From Octopus vulgaris (lineage: Eukaryota), in assembly GCA_951406725.2 (NCBI GenBank), contig OX597838.1:37758001-37822000 (forward strand): DNA of 64,000 nt, read 5' to 3'. How positions within the stretch are numbered: position 1 is the stretch's first letter; every line of letters starts with the position of its first letter. The notes under the pieces were generated by a model. It did not search any database. It saw only the letters and a list, made by a program, of their open reading frames with translations, and had not been told where the DNA came from. Shown one piece after another: positions 28,652 through 43,089 of the stretch. The translations under genes and the position numbers were made by a program.

Positions 28652-28700
28652 CAAAATCTGTTACTCTGAGTTTTCCGTTGCCGTTCATCGGACAGTTTTT
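28652..28700 (-). ncRNA. Type I hammerhead-like motif, U4C core (F6), decayed at the stem II/GAAA junction
   Basis: aaaaaCTGT-CCGATGA-acggcaacg-gaAAA-CTCAGAG-TA/ACAGatttt; better copy at 59429-59473. Confidence 0.5.
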
Positions 28701-28710
28701 GCTAGCAAAA

Positions 28711-28757
<47 letters not shown>

Positions 28758-28796
28758 ATGGTGGGTTGAATTTTCAACCCCTATCTCATTTTATAA

Positions 28797-28853
<57 letters not shown>

Positions 28854-28918
28854 ATATATATATTAAACGGCGGTGCATCAGCATGGCCGCAGCTCTGAGC
28901 TGAAACTTAAAAAAGAAA

Positions 28919-28957
<39 letters not shown>

Positions 28958-28963
28958 TATATT

Positions 28964-29084
<121 letters not shown>

Positions 29085-29296
29085 TCACGAGTGACTGGAC
29101 AATGCGGAAGAAAAGAAAATAGATTAGTCGAAAGAAGAACGGAAAAGGGATATAAAATCTGCAGCAAAAATGAGAGAGAAAGAGAGAAAGAGCGAGAGAT
29201 TTCGAGGAACACTCACAAAGACACACGTACGCATATTCAACGAACACAAACACACACACACACACATACACACATACTCACACATGCACAGACGCA

Positions 29297-29329
<33 letters not shown>

Positions 29330-29672
29330 GGTAAAGTACATACGAAGTAGTACACGTGCGAGCACGTGACAAGAACCCCTTAAGAATTATAGTGAAATGG
29401 AATGACTGTGTATCTTACCCCACCAAAAGAGAAAGGTGTTCCTCATAAGGACAAATAAGAGAGAGGGAGGGAGGGGGAAAGCGGGAGAGACTGTGTGTAT
29501 AGGTGTGTATAGGTGTGTATAGGTGTGGGTGTAGGTGTGGGTGATGAGTGCGTTGTAGTTTATCTGTGAATATCACTTCTTTCGTGCGTTTGCGATACAA
29601 TTATATCTGTCTGTCTTCCTGCCTGATGTGTCCCTCTCCTTTTCTTTCTCTCCCTCTCTCTCCCAGTGTGTG

Positions 29673-29718
<46 letters not shown>

Positions 29719-29737
29719 TATATACATATATATATAC

Positions 29738-29769
<32 letters not shown>

Positions 29770-29868
29770 ATACATATACATATATATATACATATATTTA
29801 TATATATATATATCTATATATCTTTCCATATGCATACATATATGTGCGTGTGTATGTGTGTATAGATT

Positions 29869-29914
<46 letters not shown>

Positions 29915-30089
29915 ATAGATATGTACAGATATAAGTTTTATATACACACGTTTTATATACACACAGTGGCGTATTCCATTTTATATATATATATATAGGT
30001 ATGTATGTGTGTATGTATGTATACCTTTATATATGCTTTCGTACATATATGTGTGTGTGTGTCTACGTACACATAAACTATAAGCATAT

Positions 30090-30126
<37 letters not shown>

Positions 30127-30156
30127 CATACACACACACAGACTCATATACCTAGC

Positions 30157-30222
<66 letters not shown>

Positions 30223-30240
30223 TGTGCGTAGATGTGTCGA

Positions 30241-30275
<35 letters not shown>

Positions 30276-30499
30276 CGACACATCTACGCACAGAAAAACC
30301 GTGATTGGAACAACGGCCGCCATCACACAACACAACGTAAGAATATAAAAACAACAATGGAAAAACAAAAAAAAAACTTTAAAAAAAACATAATAATCTA
30401 AAAGCAAGAAGGAAAAAAAAAATCCGAATCTGATCGGCAGTTCTTCTGACATCGGAAACTTATTAATACCATTCAGTTTTCACACGGAAGAAAGGACAA

Positions 30500-30898
30500 A
30501 GGCAAACACTATCACCGAAGCAGCCTCTGTGCTTGTTATTATCGCTACCATCATCAGCGATAGCATCCTCATCTCCAGCAGCCTCGCCACCACTGCTGGT
30601 AGTGTTGCTATCTCCAGCACCGTCTTTATCATCGTGGCCGTCATGGAAGTCTCCTTCGTCGTCATCATCATCATCATCGTTGTCATCATCTTCTCCATCT
30701 CCTCCCACTACAAAATTGCCATCGTCAGAAAAATAGTGAAGCGTTTCTGTCACTCGCTGCCCTCGTCATCATCGGCGCCGTCATCGTCGTCATCAGCATC
30801 ATAAAACCAGCATAAGCATCATCATCATCATCATGATCATCATTATTACAACCACCGCCACCACCACTAGCATCCACCAACACCACCACCATCATCAC

Positions 30899-30942
<44 letters not shown>

Positions 30943-30973
30943 ACATCAACGTTAGCAGCAGCAACAGCAACAG

Positions 30974-31029
<56 letters not shown>

Positions 31030-31215
31030 CCGTTATCATCGCCGGTACCATCACCATCATTATCATCATTATCACTACCATCATCAATGATAGCGTCAGT
31101 ACCATCACCACCACCACCACTGTCATCATCATCATAGTCGTCGTTACTACCACTACCATCACCACCATCACTACTACCATCACTAATATAATTACCACCG
31201 CAACTAGCTCCAGTC
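30500..31215. repeat. Degenerate (CAT)n/(CAC)n array
   Basis: Directly visible; source of poly-D/poly-M ORFs. Confidence 0.9.
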
Positions 31216-31697
31216 ATATCCTTTCTATAGACACAAGGCCTGAAAAGTGTAATGGAGGGAGATGCAGTCTATTACATTGAGTGGCACTTATCTCATCGAT
31301 CACGAAAGAATGGAGAGCTAAGTCGACTTTGGTGGAATTTGAACTCTGGATGTAATGACAGGCAAAAAGCCTCTAAGCGTTTTGTCTGGCAGACGAAACG
31401 AATCTGATAAGTTCCAGCAATGTCGACATGACAAGCAGCATCTGTTGGACTCGTGACCGCTACATCACATTTAGCAAGATATTCATTTGCAATCCAAGAA
31501 CATCAGATTGTTACGAAATAGCAAATCAACAAAAGAGACAGCGAAGCCGTTGGAATTCCAAGATGCAGTTGAAAATGTTCTTTATGTTATGTTTATGTAG
31601 AAGACATCGCATACGTGGCTGCCCAAAAGTACGATACAGTTTTGTCGATATAATACTATACAATGCCATTCAAATACAAGACGGATAGAAATAGTTT

Positions 31698-32166
31698 TAC
31701 AACTCTTTTACTTGTTTCAGTCATTTGACTGCAGCCATGCAGAAGCACCGCCTTTAGTCGAGTAAATCGACCCCAGGACTTATTCTTTGGAAGCCTAGTA
31801 TTTATTTTGTCGGTGTCTTCTGCCGAATCGCTAAGTCACGGGGACGTAAACACACCACCATCAGTTGTCAAGCGATGTTGGAGGGACAAACACAGACACA
31901 CAAACATACATACACACATAAATACATATTTATATATGTATATATATGTGTGTGTGTGTGTGTGTATGTATATGTGTGTGTGTATGTGTATGTGTATATA
32001 TATATATATACATATATACGACAGTCTTATTTCAGTTTCCGTCTACCAAATCCACTTAAAAGGCTTTGGTCGGCCCGAGGCTATAGTAGAAGGCACTTGC
32101 CCAAGGTGCTACGCAGTGGGACTGAACCCGGAACCACGTGGTTGGTAAGCAAACTACTTGCCACAG
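31698..32166 (-). mobile_element. SINE family A
   Basis: Colinear with other copies. Confidence 0.9.
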
Positions 32167-32375
32167 TAATATTTATCCCCACTTAAAGATGAAAGTTCCG
32201 TTACAACAAACTATACCGCAGCAGTTAACATGAAAGACGCTCTCAGGTTTTCCCCAAAAGCCAATATGAGAGTTTCTCTCATTGTAACTACCGCAGAATA
32301 TTTTGTCCTAACAGAACATCCACGTTTAAGCAGGGAAAACCAAGACTGTCCTTGTATAAATAAACCTCTTAGTTA

Positions 32376-32675
32376 TCTTTATATATAAAACTGAAGTTGT
32401 GTGTGTGTCTGTCTACTCCGATTTAGATTCCTAACTACTCCCACATTTTGCGGTACAGTTTAACCAAAACCGGGTATCTTATAGTCGTGATTCATATCGA
32501 GCCCATCAGGGTATTAGAGCGCGTCTACGATGAGTCTACGATTTAAAAAAATTACCATCATTTTTCCGCATTTTTAATGATTTTTGCTCGGTTTATATAA
32601 GGGAAGTAACTCTCTAAAAATGCTTATATAGTTATTTCCCTTACAAACCCGAGCAACGCCGGGCGATACTGCTAG
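32376..32675 (+). mobile_element. Non-autonomous Helitron
   Basis: a|TC...cccgagcaacgccggg..CTAG|t; homologous to 2722-3027. Confidence 0.85.
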
Positions 32676-33140
32676 TTGAATATATATACAAACACCAGCA
32701 TAAAATATAGTGGTAGAATATTCCCATCAACACTTCTGTTATGTTAAACATAACGGGCCAGATATTGTTGTCTGGTCAGACAAGAAAATGCATGCAGCGT
32801 GATGGATGATGTCAGCTGCCTCGCGATGTGAATATCTTTTGGAATTTAGAAGGAAGAGAATAATTACGTACAACATCTTCAAAAATTCCAGCTGCAGTAT
32901 CCAAATTATAAATTAACATTTATATCAACAATAATGGAAGTACTTGGAATTTTTGGTGGGGTGAGGTTTGTGACCAAGGTGACCATCTGGATAATCTAAG
33001 ATATTTTTGAAAAAGTCATCCAACTAACTCACTTCAGTTCCACACTGCATGGCACCTTGGGCAAGTGTCTCCGACTATAGCCTCAGGCCGAATAAAGCCT
33101 TGTGAGTGGATTTGGAAGACGAGAACTGAAAGAAGCCCGT

Positions 33141-33193
<53 letters not shown>

Positions 33194-33221
33194 AATTATA
33201 TAATTTAAGATCTTGTTTGTT

Positions 33222-33267
33222 AACACAACATTTCGGCTGATATACACGCCAGCCTTCATCAGGTGTC
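33222..33267 (-). ncRNA. Minimal type I hammerhead motif (F5)
   Basis: GACAC-CTGATGA-a-GGCTG(gcgtgtatat)CAGCC-GAAA-TG-TT/GTGTT. Confidence 0.7.
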
Positions 33268-33274
33268 TTGGGGA

Positions 33275-33338
<64 letters not shown>

Positions 33339-33341
33339 TTG

Positions 33342-33425
<84 letters not shown>

Positions 33426-33434
33426 TTAATAATG

Positions 33435-33483
<49 letters not shown>

Positions 33484-33484
33484 A

Positions 33485-34217
<733 letters not shown>

Positions 34218-34394
34218 TTCATTTATTTGCCACAAGGGCGAAGGATGAGAGGAACAATACAAATACCGATATAAAGCTTGGTGGTTTGTAATGAAATGAT
34301 ATTAAAAAAATGGACAAGTACACCCGATATACACTGAAAAAGAAGGGACACAGGCATAGCATACAAAGGCTTAACAATAACAACAAGAACAATG

Positions 34395-34448
<54 letters not shown>

Positions 34449-34450
34449 TT

Positions 34451-35505
34451 AATGCCCTGATGCAGTACCAGGCAGTGGCTCTCGTGGCTTCTTAACTGAT
34501 TGGAAGTGTTATCATGTACATTGTTTTGTCTTGGTATAAAAGATGGGCCACAGCAAATATTCTGCTCAATACCACAGATTTGCTTAATCTTAACTGATTG
34601 GAAGTGTTATCATGTACATTGTTTTGTCTTGGTATAAAAGATGGGCCACAGCAAATATTCTGCTCAATACCACAGATTTGCTTAATCTTAACTGATTGGA
34701 AGTGTTATCATGTACATTGTTTTGTCTTGGTATAAAAGATGGGCCACAGCAAATATTCTGCTTAATACCACAGATTTGCTTGTCAGTTGTTTGACCTTAA
34801 CCAGTTGAGCATGTCCTTTATTAGTGGCTGACGATATATGCATCGCTGCAAATATTCTGCTCAATACCACAGATTTGCTTGCTGGTTGTTTGACCTTAAC
34901 CAAGTGAGCATGTCCCTTGATGGCTGACGATATGTGCATCTCTGAAGGCCCTGATGTAATACCAGGCATTGCATCTCTTGGCTTCTGATCTTAACTGATT
35001 GGCAGTGTTATCATGTACATTATTCTGTCTTGGTATAAAAGATGAGCTACAGCAAATATTCTGCTCAATACCACAGATTTACTTGTCAGTTGTTTGACCT
35101 TAACCAGTTGATTATGTCCCTTAGTGGCTGACGATACGTGCATCTCTAATCACGAGCAAAAGTAGTGGAGGAGAATCATAGCCATGTGTTGAGAGGGATT
35201 CTTTGGGATATAAATAATTCACCTCTGAAACATAGGTGTTTCGTTCAACATCCTTAAACAACCCTTACTCAGGGACCTTTTGAAAGGGATGGGCTACTCG
35301 AACTGAAGAAAATACTAACAGGGCCCCACCTGCAAGGTCATACGCTGTTTATCTTGATATGAGATCACCATGTCGTGCACATATGGTTGTGATGCATGTG
35401 CGTCATGTACCCTTATCTGACGGGTAGTCATGATGGGTATACTGGGCTTCGTATATTTTACTCCAGTGTCGCTTTGATGGCATGCACTGCTTTCATTCAA
35501 ACATA
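34451..35505 (+). mobile_element. Family C: 5' part with a 98-bp unit x3, followed by a full copy (34948-35505)
   Basis: Units start at 34491, 34589 and 34687; the element restarts with ccctgatg at ~34949. Confidence 0.85.
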
Positions 35506-35519
35506 ATAATAAAAGAATA

Positions 35520-35728
35520 CTTTCTACTTTAGGCACAGGGCCTGACATTTTGAGAGAGGGAGCTAGTCGATTACATCGACCCCAGTGTGTAACTGGTACT
35601 TAATTTATCAACCCCGAAAGGATGAAAGGCAAAGTCGACCTCGACGAAATTTGAACTCAGAACGTAAAGACATGAAATGCTGCTAAGCATTTCTCTCGGC
35701 GTGCTAACGATTCTGCCAGCTCGCCACC
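35520..35728 (-). mobile_element. SINE family B
   Basis: Reverse complement of ggtggcgagctggcagaatcgttagcac..gagttcaaatt..cctttcatcctttcggg; an inverted partial copy lies at 35785-35920 (+). Confidence 0.85.
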
Positions 35729-35759
<31 letters not shown>

Positions 35760-35920
35760 TATTATTATTTTTATTTTTATTTCTACTTAGCAGCATTTCA
35801 TTTGTCGCTACGTTCTGAGTTCAAATTCCGTCGAGGTCGACTTTGCCTTTCATCCTTTCGGGGTCGATAAATTAAGTACCAGTTACACACTGGGGTCGAT
35901 ATAATCGACTAGTTCCCTCC

Positions 35921-37806
35921 AATTATACCACTCTAATGGAGTACTTGCCTCAGAAACATCAACTGTGGAATTTTTCAAGGTGACTCACTTTCACCTTTAA
36001 TATTCTGCATAGCCCTAATACCCCTTACAAGTGAATTAAACAGAACAGGGTATGGGTATAAAATTGCCAATAAAAAAATAAGCCATCTATTTTATATGGA
36101 TGACTTAAAACTTTATGGTAAAGACAATAATGAACTTGAAGGCCTATTGCACACCGTGAAAGCATTCAGCGATGACATCGGGATGGAGTTTGGACTTGAG
36201 AAGTGTGCCAAGGCCACTTTCCAGAAAGGGAAAGTGAAGACCACAAATTCAGTCGTGTTAGATGTTGACACAGTCATAAGAGAGCTTGAGCAAGAACAAA
36301 CATACAAATATTTAGGGATAAATGAAGGCTCTGGTATTCAGCATGCAAGCATGAAAGAGAAGATCAGGAAGGAATGTTATAGGAGAGTTCGTGCAGTCCT
36401 GAAATCTGAACTAAATGCACGTAACAAGGTGTTAGCTATAAATTCCTTAGCAGTTCCAGTTGTTACTTATAGCTACAATGTGTTGAACTGGAATATGAGT
36501 GAAGTAAAGAATATAGATAGGAAAGTACGCAAGCTGCTGAGTTGTAATAGGATGCACCACCCAAAGGCAGACGTAGATCGCCTTTACCTTCCCAGAGCCC
36601 AAGGAGGTCGGGGCCTGATCCAATTTGAACTAGCTTACAAAACAACCACAATTGGACTGGCCAAATATCTCGAAATATCGAATGACTGGATGCTAAAGCT
36701 CGTGGATAATCACGAGAGACGAAAGAAGCTTCATTCTATCATAAAGGAAAGCAAAAAATTTGCTATTGATCTCGTGCAGGATACCCAAACTGAACAACCC
36801 GAGGGAAGTACGGCAACTATTGTTGCAAAGAAGGTGAAAATGATGGCAACGAATAAAGCGCACGAGCAATTGGCTGTTAGGTGGGAGGAGAAACCTCTGC
36901 ACGGCAAATATGTGACCCGCAGCAAACAAGCTTATGTTGACCAGAAGCAAACCCATCAGTGGCTACGGAGCTCAGGGCTAAAAGCAGAGAGCGAAGGTTT
37001 CATCCTGGCTGCTCAAGATCAAAGCCTATCAACCCGGAACTACCAGGCCAATGTAATGAAAAATGGAGCAGACCCAAAATGCCGATTCTGCAACGACATG
37101 ATTGAAACAGTGGACCACCTAATCTCTGGATGTAAAGTCTTAGCACCAGTGGAGTATAATTAAGACATGACAGAGTTGGCCAATATCTCCACTGGCTAAT
37201 AAGTCGGCATTACAATATCAAAACTGCCGACAAGTGGTATAATCAACACCCTGAGGCTGTAACTGAAGGAGAAAATGTAACCATTCTGTGGGACTTTCCA
37301 GTACATACAGACCGAACCATCAAGGCCAATAAATCAGATATTGTTGTGAAAGACCAAAACAATAAAGTTTGCTTATTGATCGACATGAGTATTCCCTGTG
37401 ATCATAATATCTCAGCGAAAGAGTTTGACAAGCTCAGAAAATATAAAGACCTACTCATTGAAATTGAGAAAATGTGGCATCTCAAGGCGGTTACAATACC
37501 AGTGATCGTAGGAGCACTAGGAATGATCAAGAAGGGAACAGAAAATTATATGAGAATGATCCCTGGCTTACCATCCCTGCAAGAAGTGCAAAAGATTGTC
37601 TTAACTGGTACATCACACATATTGAGAAGAGCATTGTCGATGTGAGAACTGTTGCTGTTCATGTATTTTAATTTAACTTAAAAAAAAAAAAAAAATGAAC
37701 GAACTATTGAGTTTGGTTTAATGGCCTACCAATGAGTTTCTTTGCCCTAGGAGTCGGGAAGACACTCGGCAAGAAATGGAAGCAAATTTGAAAGAAGAAA
37801 AAAAAA

Positions 37807-37845
<39 letters not shown>
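35921..37845 (+). mobile_element. 5'-truncated R4/Dong-type RLE non-LTR retrotransposon
   Basis: RT motifs, CCHC knuckle, restriction-like endonuclease, 3' UTR and (TAA)n tail. Confidence 0.92.
35958..37645 (+). pseudogene. Reverse transcriptase / RLE endonuclease ORF, truncated with one frameshift
   Basis: GIFQGDSLSP, YMDDLKLY, CRFC..ETVDHLISGC; 1-bp deletion near 37158, then RHDRV..LWDF..TDR..NKSDIVV..LIDMSIP..KYKDL. Confidence 0.92.
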
Positions 37846-37846
<1 letters not shown>

Positions 37847-37887
37847 TAGGCATGAACTGCTCTCTCACTCAATAATAATAATAATAA

Positions 37888-38005
37888 ACATTGAAAAATA
37901 CCTTAGGAATGAGAACCCAGGTTCGAAATTTCCCTAAGACACCTAATGAAAGTCGAAACGTGTTAATAACAAAGATGAGTACGAATATCAGTCAAATGTA
38001 AATAC
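37888..38005 (+). repeat. F5 repeat with a collapsed hammerhead (CTAATGA..GAAAC)
   Basis: Homologous to 8590-8730; stem II deleted. Confidence 0.7.
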
Positions 38006-38221
38006 GAAGAGGTTCTATAAGTAGAACAGTAAAAATTTGGCAGACAATTCTCAAATAGAAAATGGGACATTGTTTTCGTTACATCCATTCGAACGATGGG
38101 GCTTTGCATGTTTCTGAGAAACCAGCTCCTTCTTTACAGGAATATCACACGAAACTAAATGCAGAAGAGAACATAATGCACATCACACACACTCACACAG
38201 ACACAAACACACTCACACACA

Positions 38222-38616
38222 CATCATCATCATCATTGTTCGACCGTGGTCGAGACAATGGAATTTACCATGCTACGCCAGACTTCACGGTCCATCATGG
38301 CATTACGGAGGTCCTGTTGCTGGATACCTGTATCCCTGGAGATTACATCAGGGTAGGAGAGTGTGCGCCCTCTGGTATCGCGAGTAGATGGCTTCCAGAG
38401 GAGAAGAGTAGAAATTACCTCTTTTTCAGCTCTACAACAATGTCCAGCAAACTGGACTCTTCTACCTTTCACAAGAGATGACACAGGTGGTAGTTTCCCA
38501 TATATTTGCATTTCGGTTGGATGACGCTTCCACGAGAGATTTTGAGCTCTCATAAGGAGGCGAGTGTAGGTTCCATCCAACCGCCTCTCAAGCTTCTTTG
38601 ATAACGTTATCAAAGA

Positions 38617-38618
<2 letters not shown>
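38222..38618 (-). mobile_element. RTE-clade LINE 3' fragment inserted in (CA)n
   Basis: TLSKKLERRLDGTYTRLL..RRVQFAGHCCR..STTVEQ* followed by (TGA)n. Confidence 0.82.
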
Positions 38619-38655
<37 letters not shown>

Positions 38656-39640
38656 GCACACGCACGCACACACTCTCTCACTCTTTTACTCAGACACACA
38701 CACACTCTGTCTGTCTCTGTCTGTCTCTCTCTCTCACACATACACTTCTACCTCTCTCTCTCACATACACACTCTCTCACTTTGTTTCTCTTTCTCACAC
38801 ACACACACAACTACTCTCTCTTTCTCACACACAACTACTCTCTCTTTCTCACACACACACAATCTCTGTCTCTGTCTGTCTGTCTCTCTCTCTCACATAT
38901 ACACTACCTCTCCCTCTCACACACGCATACACTCTCTCATTTTATTTCTCTTTCTCACACACACACTCTCTCTCTCTCTGTCACTGTCTATCTGTCTCTC
39001 TCTTACACATACACACACACACTCTCTCACTCTCTATTTCTTTCCCTCACACATACACAGTCTATCTGTTTCTGTCTCTGTCTGTCTCTCTCTCTCCCTC
39101 CCACACACAAACATGCACTACCTCCCTCTCTCCCCTACGCACTACCCCTCTCCCTGACTCTCTCACTTTCTCTTTCTCTCACATACACTTTCTCTCTCTC
39201 TCTGTCTGTCTCTCTCCTTCTCACACACAAACACACTACCTCTCTCTCTCACTCTCTCACTTTCTCTTTCTCACACACACACAATCTATCTTTCTCTGTC
39301 TTTCTCCCTCCAACACACGCACTACCTCTCTCCCTCTCTCTCCTTCTCTTCCCTCTCTTTCCTTCTCTTCCTCTCTCTCCCTCTCTCCCTCCATCCCTCT
39401 CCCTCTCACTCTATCCCTCCCTCTCCCTCTATCTCCCTCTCTCCCTCACACACACTCACTCTCTCTCCCTCTCCCTCTATCCCTCCCTCTCTCTCTCCCT
39501 CTCCCTCACACACACTCCCTCTCTCCCTCCCTCTCCCTCTATCTCCCTCTCTCTTTCACCCCCATCTCTTCCCCTCTACCTCTCTCCCACAAAGTTTTCC
39601 ACCATGCCTACCACTACCTCCACCCCATCCCCGTTCTCTT
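38619..39640. repeat. (CT)n/(CA)n-rich degenerate array
   Basis: Directly visible. Confidence 0.9.
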
Positions 39641-39951
39641 TACTATCGCCCATTAATAAAAGTTTACCAGAAAAGATCACATCTCAGAATAATTTACGCT
39701 AATCATTTATGAAAGTTAATTCTCTTTCTGTCTCCGCGTTCGTTTCTTTTCTCATTTACGCATTATTTTCATATCCCTTCCTACAACAGCTGCCTTTGTC
39801 TTTCAGTCAATTACCTTAATATAATTACGTATACATGTTCCTATCTATGTTCGATCCAAATTGTAAATTGTCCTTAGCTTTTATTTTTTATCGTTTACTT
39901 CTTTCGTTATTCGGCTGCGGCCATGCTGGAATGCCTGCTTTCAGTCGAACG

Positions 39952-41957
39952 AATTTCGGATTCACTCCTCCTAACAGGCGTCAGCCGTCATGGCCCACCA
40001 AAACATAGAGAATAACTGTTTTTGGGTGTAGTCCTGGTTTGCAGATAGATTCTCCTTTTTCATTTGGGGCTAATCATTGTGGTTTTCATTGCATATATAA
40101 ATATATATATTCTTTTATTCTTTTACTTGTTTCAGTCATTTGGCTGCGACCATGCTGGAGCACCGCCTTTAGTCGAACAAATCGACCCCAGGATTCTTAT
40201 TCTTTGTAAGCCTAGTACTTATTCTATCGGTCTCTTTTGCCCAACTGCCAAGTACCATCGGACTCATCTGCCACAACCGGTCACAAAAGATTTTTTCTTT
40301 TTTTTTTAATTTTGTCACTAGGCCGGCAGTATTGGGAGGAGATGGCTAGTCGATTGCCTCGACTCCAGTGTGTAGCTGGGGGTTTATCTTATTTATTCCG
40401 AACCGATGGAAAGCAAAGTCAATGTTGATTGAATTTACACTCAAAACGAACGGAACTACCGGTAAACATTTTGATCGACACACTAATACGTCTCCTAAAC
40501 CGCCACCTTAATAATAATAGTAATGATGGTTTAATTTTTTTGCCACAAGGGTGAAGGTTGAGAGGGACAATACAAAGACAGACATAAAGTGTTGGGGTTT
40601 ACATATAATAATGAAATGATAAAAAGGCTGTGTGGTAAGCAGCTTGCTTACCAACCACATGGTTCCGGGTTCAGTCCCACTGCGTGACACCTTTGGCTGG
40701 TGTCTTCTACTATAGCCTCGTGAGTGGATTTGGTAGGCGGAAACTGAAAGAAGCCCGTCGTATATATGTATATATATATATGTATGTGTGTATGTTTGTG
40801 TGTCTGTGTTTGTCCCTCTAGCATTGCTTGACAACCGATGCTGGTGTGTTTACGTCCCCGTAACTTAACGGTTCGGCAAAAGAGACCGATAGTATAAGTA
40901 CTGGGCTTTACAAAGAATAAGTCCCGGGGTCGATTTGGCCGCAGTCAAATGACTGAAACAAGTAAAAGGGTAAAAGAGTAAGACAATCTTAATTATCTCC
41001 AAGTGATAGATACAGCAATTGCGACGACAGCATGAAGAAGAACATTACTAGCAACTTTATCAAGAAGACTATTGACCATTCTACTCTAAGCAGAAATTAT
41101 GAAAATTTTGGGAAAGGAGCAAGTGGTTTATTTCGAACTGGGTGTACATGTGATATTTCATGATATCAATCCGAATGCATGAAGGGCAAACTCGATCTCA
41201 GTGGAATAAAAACGATTATAGTTATTATAATCCTTTCTGTAATGGGTTCAAGGACTGAAATTTTGGGGAATATGCTCAACTGGTATTCATTTTATAGACC
41301 CCGAAAGGATGACCTCAGTAGAATTAGAACTCGGAACGTAAAAGCGGACGAAAAGCTGCAATGCAGTTTGTCTCGTATGCTAACGATTCGGCCAACTCGC
41401 TGCCATAATAACAATAACAATAGCAAGATCAATAAGGATATCTGTCGACGATGACCAAGGACATCACGTGGGACAAAAAGCCGGGGCACATTGTGACGGG
41501 ATGTGGCAGATCAGTCCGATGGTTCTCGGGAGATTCTGCCGCAGATCAGGTACTAACGGGTCTGTTAGGATTAAGGACGAGAAGGTGGCTCTGGGCATGC
41601 GGAGTTTACGCTTTCCTTTTGTCCCTCCAATGTTGTTCTGTTCGTAAGGCGAGGTACTTGGCAGTTGGGCAAAAGAGACAGATATAATAAGTACTAGGCT
41701 TACAAAGAATAAGTCCTGGGCTCGATTTGTTCGACTAAAGGCGGTGCTCCAGCATGGTCGCAGCCAAATGACTGAAACAAGTAAAAGAATAAAAGAATAT
41801 ATATATTTATATATGCAATGAAAACCACAATGATTAGCCCCAAATGAAAAAGGAGAATCTATCTGCAAACCAGGACTACACTCAGAAACAGTTATTCTCT
41901 ATGTTTTGGTGGGCCATGACGGCTGTCGCCTGTTAGGAGGAGTGAATCCAAAATTAG
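39952..41957. repeat. ~300-bp inverted duplication with a 1.4-kb spacer
   Basis: 39958-40256 versus 41653-41949, near-identical; each arm is ~150 bp of non-SINE sequence plus a SINE-A 3' end. Confidence 0.92.
40625..40980 (+). mobile_element. SINE family A
   Basis: Head, central microsatellite and tail present, with small deletions. Confidence 0.88.
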
Positions 41958-42039
41958 ATACTAAGGAATGGTGTGTCTGTTAATTGAAAGCATTGCACAA
42001 CATTTTCAAGAAACAATTACGTCATCATTGGGAACGGCA

Positions 42040-42812
42040 CCCTTACACGATTATGCAAGAGTAAATATTGCTTAAGGCACTCAAGAGAACATCATAGTAG
42101 AAGATATGGAAGTTTTGCGCCATTCTCCTTCCTCTCCTGGACTTGTTCAATTTGACTATCAACTTTTCAGATCCTTGGAACATCATTTAGAGGGAAAAAC
42201 TGTTATCAATGTTAAAGTGGGTAAATGTTCCTTTGCTTCGAAACCGGCAGAATTTTACGCTCGAGGGATCATCAAATTGCTGATTAGATGGGATTATGTT
42301 ATCATGAATGAGGGGGAATACTATGTTGGTTAAATATATCAGATGCGACCCACGAAGCGTTTGTTTCTTTCCCATAGGCACAGGAGTGGCTGTGTGGTAA
42401 GTAGCTTGCTTACCAGCCACATAGTTCCGGGTTCAGTCCCACTGCGTGGCATCTTGGGCAAGTGTCTTCTACTATAGCCACGGGCCGACCAAAGCCTTGT
42501 GAGTAGATTTGGTAGACGGAAACTGAAAGAAACCCATCGTATATATATGTGTATGTGTATGTGTGTCTGTGTTTGTCCCTCCAACATCGCTTGACAACCG
42601 ATGCTGGTGTGTTTACGTCCCCGTAACTTAGCGGTTCGGCAAAACAGACCGATAGAATAAGTACTAGGCTTACAAAGAATAAGTCCTGGGATCGATTTCC
42701 TCAACTAAAGTCGGTGCTCCAGCATGGCCGCAGTCAAATGACTGAAACAAGTAAAAGAGTAGAAGAGTAAAAGAGTAAATCGAAATACGACAGGTTTTTC
42801 TTTCCAACCCAA
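42040..42812 (+). mobile_element. Old mariner relic interrupted by a SINE-A
   Basis: EVLRHSPSSPGL..DYQLFRSL..KPAEFYARGI.KL..RW..V...GEY (transposase C-terminus, 42106-42333); TIR-like tttctttccaacccaata at ~42795-42813. Confidence 0.7.
42377..42778 (+). mobile_element. SINE family A, full length
   Basis: ggcacaggagtggctgtgtggtaag..gggttcagtccc..gactgaaacaagtaaaagag. Confidence 0.92.
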
Positions 42813-43089
42813 TATATCATGGCTATAGTCAATATCGGAATATATTTTGCCCCTACTAATTAATATAGACACTACGTACTATACTCACATGTATGGTCAG
42901 AATTTGATGTTATTTTCTATTCGTATTACATCTAGATGTGCGGCCTGCATCATCTTGTACTTTTTATTAATATCTATGACATCTACAAATATAGTATTTT
43001 TTCAATATCTATTTTGTCCTGATAATTCTATTTCGTACTTCTAGTTATTACTATTCGGCAATATTTGAAACTGCATTCTATTGCCTTGT

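Noticed and set aside
40300-40625. Apparent switch of SINE-A orientation from mostly minus to mostly plus
   Set aside because: Small numbers, with exceptions on both sides (2655, 33030, 45590, 48551)
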